The notes below the pieces were generated by a model. It saw only the letters and a program-made list of their open reading frames with translations, was not told the DNA's origin and did no database searches. This document shows, in pieces, positions 38,172 to 47,210 of a stretch of 64,000 nt of DNA. Position 1 is the stretch's first letter. Every line of letters starts with the position of its first letter. The DNA lies in NCBI GenBank assembly GCA_965197585.1, contig OZ240215.1, positions 864,001 through 928,000 on the forward strand, given 5' to 3'. Made by a program: the position numbers and the translations under genes. This stretch comes from Dehalococcoidia bacterium. Lineage in GTDB: Bacteria > Chloroflexota > Dehalococcoidia > Plut-88900.

Positions 38172-38224
38172 TTGACAGTGGCACCCTGAGTGGTAGAATG
38201 TGGGGACTAGTGGGGACAGGTGGG
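38172..38224 (+). promoter_or_regulatory. mraZ promoter with MraZ-binding direct repeats
   Basis: TTGACA-16nt-(TG)TAGAAT; GTGG repeated every 10 bp at 38190, 38200, 38210, 38220. Confidence 0.8.
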
Positions 38225-38232
38225 CGATGCCT

Positions 38233-38661
38233 ATGTTTCTCGGGGAGTATGAATATCGCCTGGACCAAAAGGGGCGGGTGGCGATTCCGCCCAAGGCTCG
38301 AGGCGATTTCAGTGACGGCATAGTCGTAACTCGTGGCTATGATAACTGCATAGTTGCGTATACCACTACGACCTGGGACCGGCTGGCCGAGGAATACGCC
38401 TCGCTGCCGGGTACTGACCGCGGGGCGAGGCTCGTGAACCGGCTGGTGTTCTCCAGCGCTTTCCGATTGACGCTGGACCGCCTGGGCAGACTGGGTCTGC
38501 CGACTCCACTACGGGAATACGCTCAGATCGATGAAGAGGTGGTGGTGGCGGGGGTGGGGAGTCACCTGGAGATATGGGGCAAGGAGCTTTGGGCCCGGGA
38601 ACGGGAGTTGATGGAAGAGAAGGCCTCCGAGATAGCCCAGGGACTGAGCGACCGGCCTTAG
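38233..38661 (+). CDS. mraZ: Transcriptional regulator MraZ
   Basis: MFLGEY...LD.KGR..IP, D..GR..LP..LREYA, GV..HLEIW. Confidence 0.95.
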   Translation: MFLGEYEYRLDQKGRVAIPPKARGDFSDGIVVTRGYDNCIVAYTTTTWDRLAEEYASLPGTDRGARLVNRLVFSSAFRLTLDRLGRLGLPTPLREYAQIDEEVVVAGVGSHLEIWGKELWARERELMEEKASEIAQGLSDRP

Positions 38662-38689
38662 GGGAACCAAGCAGCGCTTCTTTCTGACA

Positions 38690-39613
38690 ATGAGTGAATA
38701 CAGGCACCAACCGGTTATGACGGCGGAAGTGTTGGAGGGCCTAAATGTCAGGCCCGGAGGCACTTACCTCGACGCGACGATGGGCGAGGGAGGCCACTCA
38801 GGCCCGATCGTGGAGTCGTGTCTGCCGGGAGGCCGGGTGCTGGGCCTGGACGCCGATCCGTCCGTTGTGTCGATAGCCTCGCAGCGGTTGTCACATTTCC
38901 AAGGTGCATTCGAGGCGAGGGCAGCGAACTATGCGAATATGAAGTCCATAGCAGCGGATGCCAGCTTCCGGGAACTGAACGGAGTGCTATTCGATCTCGG
39001 GTTTTCGTCTCGGCAGATTGACGATCCGGGTCGGGGATTCAGCTTCCAGGGGGACGGGCCCCTGGACATGAGGTTCGATACGGATCAGGCGCTGACGGCC
39101 GGCGAAATTGTCAACACGTGGCCGGAAGCGGAACTGGCCCAGACGATCCGGGAATACGGGGAAGAGCCCCGGGCCCGGAGAATAGCGGAGGCGATAGTTA
39201 GACAGCGCCCCGTGAATTCGACGGGAAGCCTGGCGGCGATTATTTCGAGGGCGTCGGGTGGAGGACGGCGGAAAATCCATCCCGCAACCCGGACTTTCCA
39301 GGCGCTCCGTATACAGGTGAACAGGGAGCTTGAAAATCTGCAAGGCGGGCTGGAAGGCGCCATAGACCTGCTGGCGGCAGGGGGGAGACTGGTTGTCATA
39401 ACCTACCACTCCCTTGAAGCGGCGCTCGTAAAGTCGTTCCTGCGCCGGGAGTCGGGAATGTGCATATGCCCCCCCGAGCTGCCCGTATGCACGTGTGGAA
39501 GGGTGCGCCGCATGAAGCGGATCACCCGTAAAGCCATAGCTCCGAGTAAAGAAGAAGTGTCCAGCAACCCCAGAGCCCGAAGCGCAAGGCTGAGGGTGGG
39601 AGAAAGGGTCTAG
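38690..39613 (+). CDS. rsmH: 16S rRNA m4C1402 methyltransferase RsmH
   Basis: H.PV, DAT.G.GGHS, DLG.SS.Q, PLDMR, HPATRTFQALRI.VN.EL, NPRARSA.LR. Confidence 0.97.
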   Translation: MSEYRHQPVMTAEVLEGLNVRPGGTYLDATMGEGGHSGPIVESCLPGGRVLGLDADPSVVSIASQRLSHFQGAFEARAANYANMKSIAADASFRELNGVLFDLGFSSRQIDDPGRGFSFQGDGPLDMRFDTDQALTAGEIVNTWPEAELAQTIREYGEEPRARRIAEAIVRQRPVNSTGSLAAIISRASGGGRRKIHPATRTFQALRIQVNRELENLQGGLEGAIDLLAAGGRLVVITYHSLEAALVKSFLRRESGMCICPPELPVCTCGRVRRMKRITRKAIAPSKEEVSSNPRARSARLRVGERV

Positions 39614-39689
39614 CAAGCGGGTCCGGCTGGCGGACAAGGCCGGTACTCACGTCGGCGCTCTTTTGTCAGAGCGCGAAAGGGAATGAGAA

Positions 39690-40811
39690 ATGATAAGAAG
39701 GCCAAAGCAGCTCAATCTCGCGAAGGTAAAGATCATAGGAGTCGGGGGTGGGGGAAGCAATGCGGTCACCCGGATGGCCGTCGGCAAGGCCAAGAATCTG
39801 GACCTTGCCTGTATAAACACTGACGCCCAGGCCCTGGACCTGATGCAGGTGCCCAACCGGCTGTGCATCGGGCCGTCAACTACCAACGGGCTCGGCAGCG
39901 GCGGCGACCCGAGCATGGGCTGGAAGGCCGCCGAGGAGAGCAAGGAAGAGATAGAAGAAATGATCGGGGACGCCGACATGGTGTTCGTGGCGGCGGGGAT
40001 GGGTGGGGGCACCGGTACGGGAGCGGCCCCCATAGTCGCGGAGTTGGCGCGGGAATTGGGAGCTTTGACCGTAGGGGTCGTGACCAAGCCATTTTCGTTT
40101 GAAGGCCGGGCCCGCATGAGCGTTGCCGAAGAAGGCATAAACATGCTGGTGGAGCACGTCGACACCCTCATCACTATCGACAACAACCGGCTTCTGGATG
40201 CCTGTGAGTACGATTTGCCGATGTCGGAAGCCTTTGGATTGGTGGACGACGTCCTTGCCCAGGGCGTGCAGGCGATATCGGACATAATCAACGTTCCGGG
40301 CGAGATCAACGTGGACTTCGCAGATGTTCGCAACGTAATGCAGGATGGCGGCCATGCTCTCATGGCGATCGGGGTGGGGGAGGGTGAAGACAGGATGATA
40401 AAGGCAACGACTCAGGCACTGGCGTCGCCGTTGCTGGAATCGTCTTTCCATGGAGCGACCGGCGTGTTGCTGAACATATCGGGCGGGGACGACTTAACGC
40501 TGGGCGAGACCAACAGGGCGGCGGAGCTGCTGAGCAGGGCCTCTAACCCCGATGCCCTGGTGATATTCGGCGTAGTACGAGACAAGGAGTTGGAGGGGAA
40601 GGTTCGGATAACGCTGATAGCCACGGGACTGGAGATGGGCAGCACCGGTGAGGAGCTTCCAAAAGGTCGGGTGATCACATCCCAGGGCCGGGAAGCGCCG
40701 GAGAGGTTAAAGGGACGGGTGAACGGGCTGCGGAACGGTAAGAACGGGTCTCGGTTCGGTGGGCTTTTCAAGCGGGGGTCGGGCGCCAGGACATCCAGGT
40801 CATTCCGCTAG
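39690..40811 (+). CDS. ftsZ: Cell division protein FtsZ
   Basis: GVGGGG.NAV, NTDAQ, GMGGGTGTG, KPFSFEG, INVDFADV, ITLIATG. Confidence 0.97.
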   Translation: MIRRPKQLNLAKVKIIGVGGGGSNAVTRMAVGKAKNLDLACINTDAQALDLMQVPNRLCIGPSTTNGLGSGGDPSMGWKAAEESKEEIEEMIGDADMVFVAAGMGGGTGTGAAPIVAELARELGALTVGVVTKPFSFEGRARMSVAEEGINMLVEHVDTLITIDNNRLLDACEYDLPMSEAFGLVDDVLAQGVQAISDIINVPGEINVDFADVRNVMQDGGHALMAIGVGEGEDRMIKATTQALASPLLESSFHGATGVLLNISGGDDLTLGETNRAAELLSRASNPDALVIFGVVRDKELEGKVRITLIATGLEMGSTGEELPKGRVITSQGREAPERLKGRVNGLRNGKNGSRFGGLFKRGSGARTSRSFR

Positions 40812-40881
40812 ACAATCTTTAACTGAATTCGAACTCAGTCAAAGATTTTGCTCAAAAACTGCGGTTGTCATAGCTTGACAG

Positions 40882-40928
40882 CGGTAACATGTAGTAGTAG
40901 TTTTACCCAACAGCACTACATGTTGTGG
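40882..40928 (+). promoter_or_regulatory. Tandem NrdR boxes upstream of nrdR-nrdJ
   Basis: GGTAACATGTAGTA and CACTACATGTTGTG, centres 31 bp apart, just downstream of TTGACA at 40875. Confidence 0.7.
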
Positions 40929-40972
40929 TGTTGTGAATTATATCCTTCCCTTACCGGCGGAGTCTTTAAACC

Positions 40973-41512
40973 TTGAGATGTCCCTTTTGTGACTTCGAAG
41001 ATTCGAAAGTCATCGACTCTAGGACCGTAGACAGCGCGGTGCGCCGCCGGAGACAGTGCCTCCGTTGCGGGCTCCGTTACACAACCTTGGAACGGGTGCA
41101 GGGAGCAGTGCTCACCCTGATCAAAGGGGACGGGCGTCGAGAGCTGTTCAACCGGTCCAAGCTTGCGTCGGGGATTCACAAGGCCTGTGCCAAGAGACCC
41201 CTGCCCCTGGGCTCAATCGAGAAGATGGTCGACGAGATCGAAGAAGAGTTGCAGAAGCTCGGTAAGGCTGAGGTGCCGACGGGCATCATAGGCGAAATGG
41301 TGATGAGTCGGCTGAGGGACCTGGACCGCGTGGCCTATATCAGGTTCGCAAGCGTCTACCGCGATTTTGAGGACGTGGAAACGTTCAAGGAAGAAGTGGA
41401 CTCTTTACTAAGCTCTTCAGCCGTTGCAGTGACCCCATCGGCACAGCTGCCGATGTTCATTGAGCAGGGGCGTCAGGAAGCGCGGCGCAGAGAAAGACGC
41501 TCCCGGTCATAG
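40973..41512 (+). CDS. nrdR: Transcriptional repressor NrdR
   Basis: CPFC..SKVIDSR...RRRRQC..C..RYTT.E, ATP-cone, AYIRFASVYR.F. Confidence 0.97.
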   Translation: MRCPFCDFEDSKVIDSRTVDSAVRRRRQCLRCGLRYTTLERVQGAVLTLIKGDGRRELFNRSKLASGIHKACAKRPLPLGSIEKMVDEIEEELQKLGKAEVPTGIIGEMVMSRLRDLDRVAYIRFASVYRDFEDVETFKEEVDSLLSSSAVAVTPSAQLPMFIEQGRQEARRRERRSRS

Positions 41513-41532
41513 AGACGAAAGGGAGATAGGCG

Positions 41533-41733
41533 ATGAAATTGATGAAGGCAAAAACGCCCCTTGACACATATGTGGTGGCGAGCAGGAACGGAGTCCGGCT
41601 TACTAATCCTAAACAGGGCACCGACGAAGTGGACGCCGAAGATGCGGGTGCTGAGGGATATTTTGAGGAGTCGGAAATGACAGATGTCTTAACGGAGTCG
41701 CTGGCATCCAGTCACGGAGCTGGGTCCGGCTGA
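41533..41733 (+). CDS. Small acidic hypothetical ORF
   Basis: SD AGGGAG upstream of ATG; no recognisable motif. Confidence 0.35.
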   Translation: MKLMKAKTPLDTYVVASRNGVRLTNPKQGTDEVDAEDAGAEGYFEESEMTDVLTESLASSHGAGSG

Positions 41734-41822
41734 GGGGACTAGCCGTAGCATAGGAATATTTAGAACGACTTAAGTATCGCCCGCCTCTAGTGAGGCGGAC
41801 TTGGGAAAGAAGACTCGGCGCA

Positions 41823-44210
41823 ATGAAGAAGGTAGAGACCAAGACAACCGTTCACTCGCAGATGGTGCGAGGCCTGACCAAAGAAATCTCCGAGAGCCAA
41901 GGCGATAAGTTGCCACTGGTGTCTGAGAACGGCATTGCCGTTCTCAATCGGCGGTACCTGGTCAAAGACGCGGAAGGCAAGCCGGTTGAAGTGCCGGAGA
42001 ACCTTTACCGCCGGGTGGCGCGGAATATTGCTCAAGGCGACGTGGAGTATGGGTCCACCGCGTTGGAGGCGGAGGAGCTGGCAGAGCGGTTCTACCAGAT
42101 GATGGCCCGCAACCAGTTCATGCCGAACTCTCCGACCCTGATGAACGCAGGCCGGGAATTGCAGCAGCTTTCGGCGTGCTTCGTGCTGGCGGTGCCGGAC
42201 TCGATAGACGGAATATTTGAAGCGGCGAAGCACACTGCCGTTATACATAAGAGCGGTGGCGGCACCGGTTTCGCCTTCTCCAACCTGAGGCCCGAGAGCG
42301 ACAGAGTCGGGTCCACGGGCGGCGTGGCGAGCGGGCCGGTCTCCTTCATCCGAATCTTCGACACCGCGACGGACGTGGTGAAGCAGGGCGGGACTCGGCG
42401 TGGGGCCAACATGGGCATTCTCGACGTGGGCCACCCCGACGTTATCAAGTTCATCCACTCGAAGGACGACGACACATCGCTGCAGAACTTCAATATCTCG
42501 GTGGCTGTTACCGAGCAGTTCATGCAACTGGTGGAGACCGGCGGCAGACACGACCTGATAAATCCCCACAACAATGAGAAAGTTAAGTCGGTAGACGCCA
42601 AGCCCATGTTCGACGAGATGGTGGAAAGTGCGTGGAAGACCGGTGACCCGGGAATCATATTCATCGACCGGATGAACGACGCACGTTCCAACCCCGTGCC
42701 CAAGAGGGGCCCGATCCAGGCCACCAATCCGTGCGGCGAGCAGCCGTTGTATTCATATGACTCCTGCAACCTGGGGTCGATTAACCTGGCGAAGTTCGTG
42801 GTGGAAGCAGAGGGTGGACCCGGTGTGGACTGGGATGGGCTGGGAACGGTGATCGAGACCTCTGTCCGGTTCCTGGACAACGTGGTCACCATGAACAAAT
42901 ACCCGATCCCGGAGATCGCCGAAACGTCGACGAGCATCCGGCGGATAGGTCTAGGTGTTATGGGTTGGGCGGATACGCTCATCCTTCTGGGCATTCCGTA
43001 CGACTCACAGAGTGCGTTGGACCTGGGCGAACAGATCATGAGGTTCATCGACGAAAAGGCGTCGGGAGCGTCGGAGCAGCTTGCGGCGGAGAGAGGGAAC
43101 TTCCTGGACTGGGATGACTCGGAGTACGGTCCGGACGGGAAACTGGGCCCGAGGCCGATGCGTAACTCCACCAGGACTACCATCGCTCCTACCGGCACAA
43201 TCAGCATTATCGCCAACTGCTCCAGTGGGATAGAGCCGTTGTTTGCACTGAGCTACGTTAGGCACGTGATGGACAACGCCCGCCTGGTGGAAGTGAACCC
43301 GTATTTCGAGGCCGTGGCCCGTCGGGAGGGGTTCTACAGCCCCGAACTGATGGAAAAGCTGGCGGATCATGGGAGCGCGCAGGGCATGGATGAAGTGCCC
43401 CAGTGGGTGCAGGATGTCTTCGTAACCTCCCACGACATCAGCCCCGAGTGGCACGTGAAGATGCAGGCGGCGTTCCAGAAATACACAGACAACGCGGTTT
43501 CCAAGACCGTGAACTTCTCAAACAACGCCACCATAGAAGACGTGCGCAAGGTGTACATGCTTGCCTACCAAGAAGGCTGCAAAGGCGTGACCATCTACCG
43601 GGACGGCAGCAAGAGCAAGCAGGTATTGAACATAGGCCAGACGGAAAAAGCCCGCAGCGACGAGCAGCCCGTGGCGGCGAGCCCGACGCCAAGACGCAGG
43701 CCGTCCAAGGTGCAAGGCATTACCGAAAAGGTCCACACGGGCCACGGGAACATGTACGTGACTGTCAATTTCGATGAGGAGAAGAGTCCCTTTGAAGTCT
43801 TCTCCAACCTGGGCAAGGCCGGGGGTTGCGACTCGGCGCAGCTGGAAGCGATATCGCGGCTGACGTCTCTGGCGCTGCGCTCGGGCATCGAGCCTGAGGA
43901 CGTGATCGACCAGCTAAGGGGTATAACCTGCTGTCCGGCCTGGAACGAAGGAGAATTGGTGAAGTCGGGGCCGGATGCGGTGGCGCTCGTGCTGTCGCGG
44001 CACCTGATGGAGCATAAGGATTGGGTAGAAACGGCCGATTCGGCGGTGGTCAGTTCGCAGATCCCACTGCCGCAGATGGAAAAGAACGGCAACGGAAACG
44101 GTAATGGAAAGACGACCTACTCAGGCCGATGCGCGGAGTGCAACGGAAACCTGGTTTACCAGGAAGGCTGCGTGACGTGCTACGGGTGTGGATACAACAA
44201 ATGCGGATAA
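41823..44210 (+). CDS. nrdJ: Class II (B12-dependent) ribonucleotide reductase with TSCPD domain and C-terminal Zn ribbon; start uncertain
   Basis: PNSPTLMNAG, LSACFV, GG.RRGANMG, TNPCGEQPL, CNLGSIN, APTGT, GCKGVTIYRDGS, C-terminal EGC..C..CG..KCG. Confidence 0.96.
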   Translation: MKKVETKTTVHSQMVRGLTKEISESQGDKLPLVSENGIAVLNRRYLVKDAEGKPVEVPENLYRRVARNIAQGDVEYGSTALEAEELAERFYQMMARNQFMPNSPTLMNAGRELQQLSACFVLAVPDSIDGIFEAAKHTAVIHKSGGGTGFAFSNLRPESDRVGSTGGVASGPVSFIRIFDTATDVVKQGGTRRGANMGILDVGHPDVIKFIHSKDDDTSLQNFNISVAVTEQFMQLVETGGRHDLINPHNNEKVKSVDAKPMFDEMVESAWKTGDPGIIFIDRMNDARSNPVPKRGPIQATNPCGEQPLYSYDSCNLGSINLAKFVVEAEGGPGVDWDGLGTVIETSVRFLDNVVTMNKYPIPEIAETSTSIRRIGLGVMGWADTLILLGIPYDSQSALDLGEQIMRFIDEKASGASEQLAAERGNFLDWDDSEYGPDGKLGPRPMRNSTRTTIAPTGTISIIANCSSGIEPLFALSYVRHVMDNARLVEVNPYFEAVARREGFYSPELMEKLADHGSAQGMDEVPQWVQDVFVTSHDISPEWHVKMQAAFQKYTDNAVSKTVNFSNNATIEDVRKVYMLAYQEGCKGVTIYRDGSKSKQVLNIGQTEKARSDEQPVAASPTPRRRPSKVQGITEKVHTGHGNMYVTVNFDEEKSPFEVFSNLGKAGGCDSAQLEAISRLTSLALRSGIEPEDVIDQLRGITCCPAWNEGELVKSGPDAVALVLSRHLMEHKDWVETADSAVVSSQIPLPQMEKNGNGNGNGKTTYSGRCAECNGNLVYQEGCVTCYGCGYNKCG

Positions 44211-44228
44211 ATTCTTAATATCAACTGA

Positions 44229-44379
44229 GGGCAGTCGGGGAGAACGCTCCCCCAGAACGTGGCCCGAGCCATCGGGCTAATCTCCCTTCTGCCTGTACCC
44301 CGGTGCGCTGTTCCTCCCAGCGCACACGACCTCGGGCACCCTTGGGCGCCACCTCCCCCCAGGGTGCCCACTCTTTTAC
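44229..44379 (+). other. Multi-hairpin structured region ending in a terminator-like stem
   Basis: GGGGAG/CTCCCC, GGCCCGA/TCGGGCT, GTGCGCTG/CAGCGCAC, GGGCACCCTTGGG/CCCAGGGTGCCC followed by CTTTT. Confidence 0.55.
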
Positions 44380-44479
44380 CCAAAATCACGTTCGATCCGG
44401 GCGTGAGTGATATAATCTACTATGCAGCTTCAGGCCGTGCAAGGCCAGTAGCTGCAACGTTATCTTAAGGAGGCCCAGC

Positions 44480-45277
44480 ATAAAACTGTCTTTCATCGGC
44501 GGTGGAGTTATGGCTGAAGCCATAGTCCGCGGCGTCATCGAACGGGGAGTCGCCAAGGCTCCCGACATCCTTGTCAGCGAACCCCTCGAACCCCGACGCA
44601 CGGCCCTTGTTAAGACCTATGGGGTCGGGGCGGCGGAAGACAATCTTTCGGCCCTGGAAGACCGGGAGGCCGTGGTCCTGGCGGTAAAGCCCCAGGTCAT
44701 GCCATACGTACTGAAGGAACTGCAAGGCCGAGTCGGTCCCAAACAGGTGGTCGTGTCCATAGCGGCTGGCGTGAAGCTCGACACCCTGCATTCGGGGCTG
44801 GGCCACGACGTTCTGGTAAGAGCAATGCCCAACACCCCGGCCCAGATAGGCCGCGGGATCACGATGTGGACTACTGCGGACGGCGCGGGCCCCGAGGCTA
44901 GAGAGGCGGGAGCCCAGATACTTCAGGCATTGGGTGAGGAGATCTACGTAGAGGACGAGAAGTATTTGGACATGGCGACGGCTCTGAGCGGCGGCGGTCC
45001 GGCCTACACCTTCTTAATCATAGAATCGTTGATAGATGCGGGCGTGCACGTGGGGCTGGCGAGGGACGTGTCGGAGAAACTGGTACTGGAAACCGTACTG
45101 GGGTCGGCGATGTTATACAAGGAGTCGGGGGCGCACGCGGCGGCGCTGAAGAACATGGTGACCTCGCCCGGAGGCACGACTGCCGAGGCGCTGCTGGTCC
45201 TGGAAGAGGGCGGACTCAGGGGCCTGTTTATCAGGGCCGTGGTCGAGGCATACCACAAAGCTCAGAGGGTGGGCTGA
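44480..45277 (+). CDS. proC: Pyrroline-5-carboxylate reductase (apparent ATA start)
   Basis: (M)KLSFIGGGVMAEAI Rossmann motif, LAVKPQ, SIAAG, RAMPNTP, SG.GPAY, VTSPGGTT. Confidence 0.95.
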   Translation: MKLSFIGGGVMAEAIVRGVIERGVAKAPDILVSEPLEPRRTALVKTYGVGAAEDNLSALEDREAVVLAVKPQVMPYVLKELQGRVGPKQVVVSIAAGVKLDTLHSGLGHDVLVRAMPNTPAQIGRGITMWTTADGAGPEAREAGAQILQALGEEIYVEDEKYLDMATALSGGGPAYTFLIIESLIDAGVHVGLARDVSEKLVLETVLGSAMLYKESGAHAAALKNMVTSPGGTTAEALLVLEEGGLRGLFIRAVVEAYHKAQRVG

Positions 45278-45278
45278 T

Positions 45279-45542
45279 TTGGTGATATTCACCTTTATCG
45301 CAGCGCTGGCTCAAGTCCTCTCCTGGATGATAATCGCCCGCATGATCCTGAGCATGGTCTTCCCCATGGGGACGGACCGGCAGTGGGTCGCTTCTCTGAT
45401 GCACGTCCTTTACAGGGTGACGGAGCCAATCCTGGCCCCGATCAGGAAACTGGTGTACCGGGGCGGCACACTGGATTTCAGCCCGATGGTTGCGGTGCTG
45501 CTCCTATGGTTAGTCTCCCTCGTCTCCGGAAGACTGGGCTAG
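45279..45542 (+). CDS. YggT family membrane protein
   Basis: R.ILS, VTEPILAPIR, G.LDFSP. Confidence 0.9.
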   Translation: MVIFTFIAALAQVLSWMIIARMILSMVFPMGTDRQWVASLMHVLYRVTEPILAPIRKLVYRGGTLDFSPMVAVLLLWLVSLVSGRLG

Positions 45543-45620
45543 CGTAGTAAGCCTGATACCCTATATCATCGTTGGACTCAGGGGCGGAATGACGCCCGAC
45601 TTCCTCCCTGTTATCAAACG

Positions 45621-46478
45621 ATGCCTAAGGTAGCCATAGTCACCGACAGCACCTCCTGCATACCTCATGAGCTCTCTCAGGAGCTTGGCATTCACGTCGT
45701 GCCGCTTACCTATGTTTTTGGCGACACCGTGGTGGCCGACGATCCAACGCTGGACATGGCCGACTTCTACCGACGCCTGGAAACCTCCGAGAAGCCGCCG
45801 ACCACATCCCCCGCATCTCCGGGAGCGTACGTGGAGACGTTCGAGGACCTCATTGGGAACTTCGAGGCGATACTTTGCATCACCGTATCGTCGAGGTTCA
45901 GCGGTATGCACCGGGCGGCGACTGTGGCTAAGGGAATGGTGGTTACAGACTCCTCGCCTACACAAGTCGAAATCATGGACTCGGGCGGAGCGGCAATGCT
46001 GCAGGGGTTCGTTGTGCTGGCAGCGGCTCGGGCGGCGGTAGGGGGGGCATCGTTGGAGGAAGTCACGCGTGCAGCCGAATCGGTCAGGTCCCGGGTGCGC
46101 CTGGTGGCCGTGATCGACACGTTTAAGTATTTAGGCCGCAGCGGCCGGTTCCCGAGAATTGCCACGTGGGGGGCATCGCTCATCGGGTTGAAGCCGATAC
46201 TCTCGTTGAAGACGGGACAAGTGAAACCCGTGACTGTTGCAAGAAGTCGTCAGGCTGCCGAGAGCAAGATCTTGAGAATGCTGAAGAGGGACACGGAGGG
46301 GAAGGAGACAGTGCGGGTGGCAGTCCTGCATGCCAACGTGCCGGAAGAAGCGGAAGCGTTTGCCCGGATTGTCGGGGAGACGGTAGACTGCGCCGAGCTG
46401 CTGATGTCTCACCTGACCCCGGTAATGGGGATCTACACGGGCCCCGGAGTCCTGGGTCTCACCTACTACACCGACTAG
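45621..46478 (+). CDS. DegV family fatty-acid-binding protein
   Basis: AIVTDST, VVPL, P.TS..SPG, SS..SG, YL..SGR, KPIL, TGPG. Confidence 0.93.
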   Translation: MPKVAIVTDSTSCIPHELSQELGIHVVPLTYVFGDTVVADDPTLDMADFYRRLETSEKPPTTSPASPGAYVETFEDLIGNFEAILCITVSSRFSGMHRAATVAKGMVVTDSSPTQVEIMDSGGAAMLQGFVVLAAARAAVGGASLEEVTRAAESVRSRVRLVAVIDTFKYLGRSGRFPRIATWGASLIGLKPILSLKTGQVKPVTVARSRQAAESKILRMLKRDTEGKETVRVAVLHANVPEEAEAFARIVGETVDCAELLMSHLTPVMGIYTGPGVLGLTYYTD

Positions 46479-46496
46479 CGAACAGAGAAAACCAGG

Positions 46497-47186
46497 TTGC
46501 TGAAGGCACTTTACATATTGGGCTGCTACCTGTTCGGCTCGCTCCCCGTTACTGAGGCACTGGCCAAGAAGAAGGGCACGAACCTCCGAAAAGTGGGCAC
46601 AGGCAACGTGGGCGCGGGTAATTTGTGGCAAACGTCGGGTGCGATGAGCGGGATGATTGGTGGAGCATTCGATGTCGGGAAGGGTGCGCTGCCGGCGATG
46701 GTGGCCGGTGTACTGGGGTTGGGCAAGGGGGTGGGGTGCGCGGGGTCGGTGGCCGGCCTGATTGCGCAGATGTGGCCCGTCTTCAAGAAATTCGACGGCG
46801 GCAGGGGGAACTCCTCGGCCATCGGCTTGGCATTGACGCTAAGTCCGAAGTCGTTCCTCATGGCGCTCATTCCGATGCTTGCCGGAGGAGCGATAAGGTC
46901 TCTCCCAATCATGATGCGGAACGACCTGACGTGGAAGCAGCGTATGAAGTTCCCCAGTAAAAGCACCGATGAAGTTCCCCTGGGGATGCTTGCGGGTTGG
47001 GTGGGCATGCCGCTGTTTGCATGGCTAATGAATGAGCCCAAGCCCGTTGTTCGGGCCTTGCTGGCTATGGCAATCGCAATCGTGGTGCGCCGTATAACGG
47101 GTGGGTTGTCGGACGACATCGCAGAGGGAAAGGACCTGAAACAGGTTGTGCGGAACAGGGCCCTTTATGACCGGGTGACGAGGTAG
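46497..47186 (+). CDS. plsY: Glycerol-3-phosphate acyltransferase PlsY-like
   Basis: YL.GS.P, G.NLR..GTGN.GA.N, D.GKG, WPVF..F.GG.G. Confidence 0.8.
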   Translation: MLKALYILGCYLFGSLPVTEALAKKKGTNLRKVGTGNVGAGNLWQTSGAMSGMIGGAFDVGKGALPAMVAGVLGLGKGVGCAGSVAGLIAQMWPVFKKFDGGRGNSSAIGLALTLSPKSFLMALIPMLAGGAIRSLPIMMRNDLTWKQRMKFPSKSTDEVPLGMLAGWVGMPLFAWLMNEPKPVVRALLAMAIAIVVRRITGGLSDDIAEGKDLKQVVRNRALYDRVTR

Positions 47187-47210
47187 CGGCCCAAGCCGCG
47201 ACGCCGCCTA

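Noticed and set aside
38178-38224. Short periodic repeats as a CRISPR-like or iteron array
   Set aside because: Explained as MraZ operator repeats; no CRISPR repeat-spacer array or cas gene was seen anywhere in the window
41734-41822. Cobalamin riboswitch upstream of nrdJ
   Set aside because: No B12-box or other conserved cobalamin riboswitch motifs recognisable
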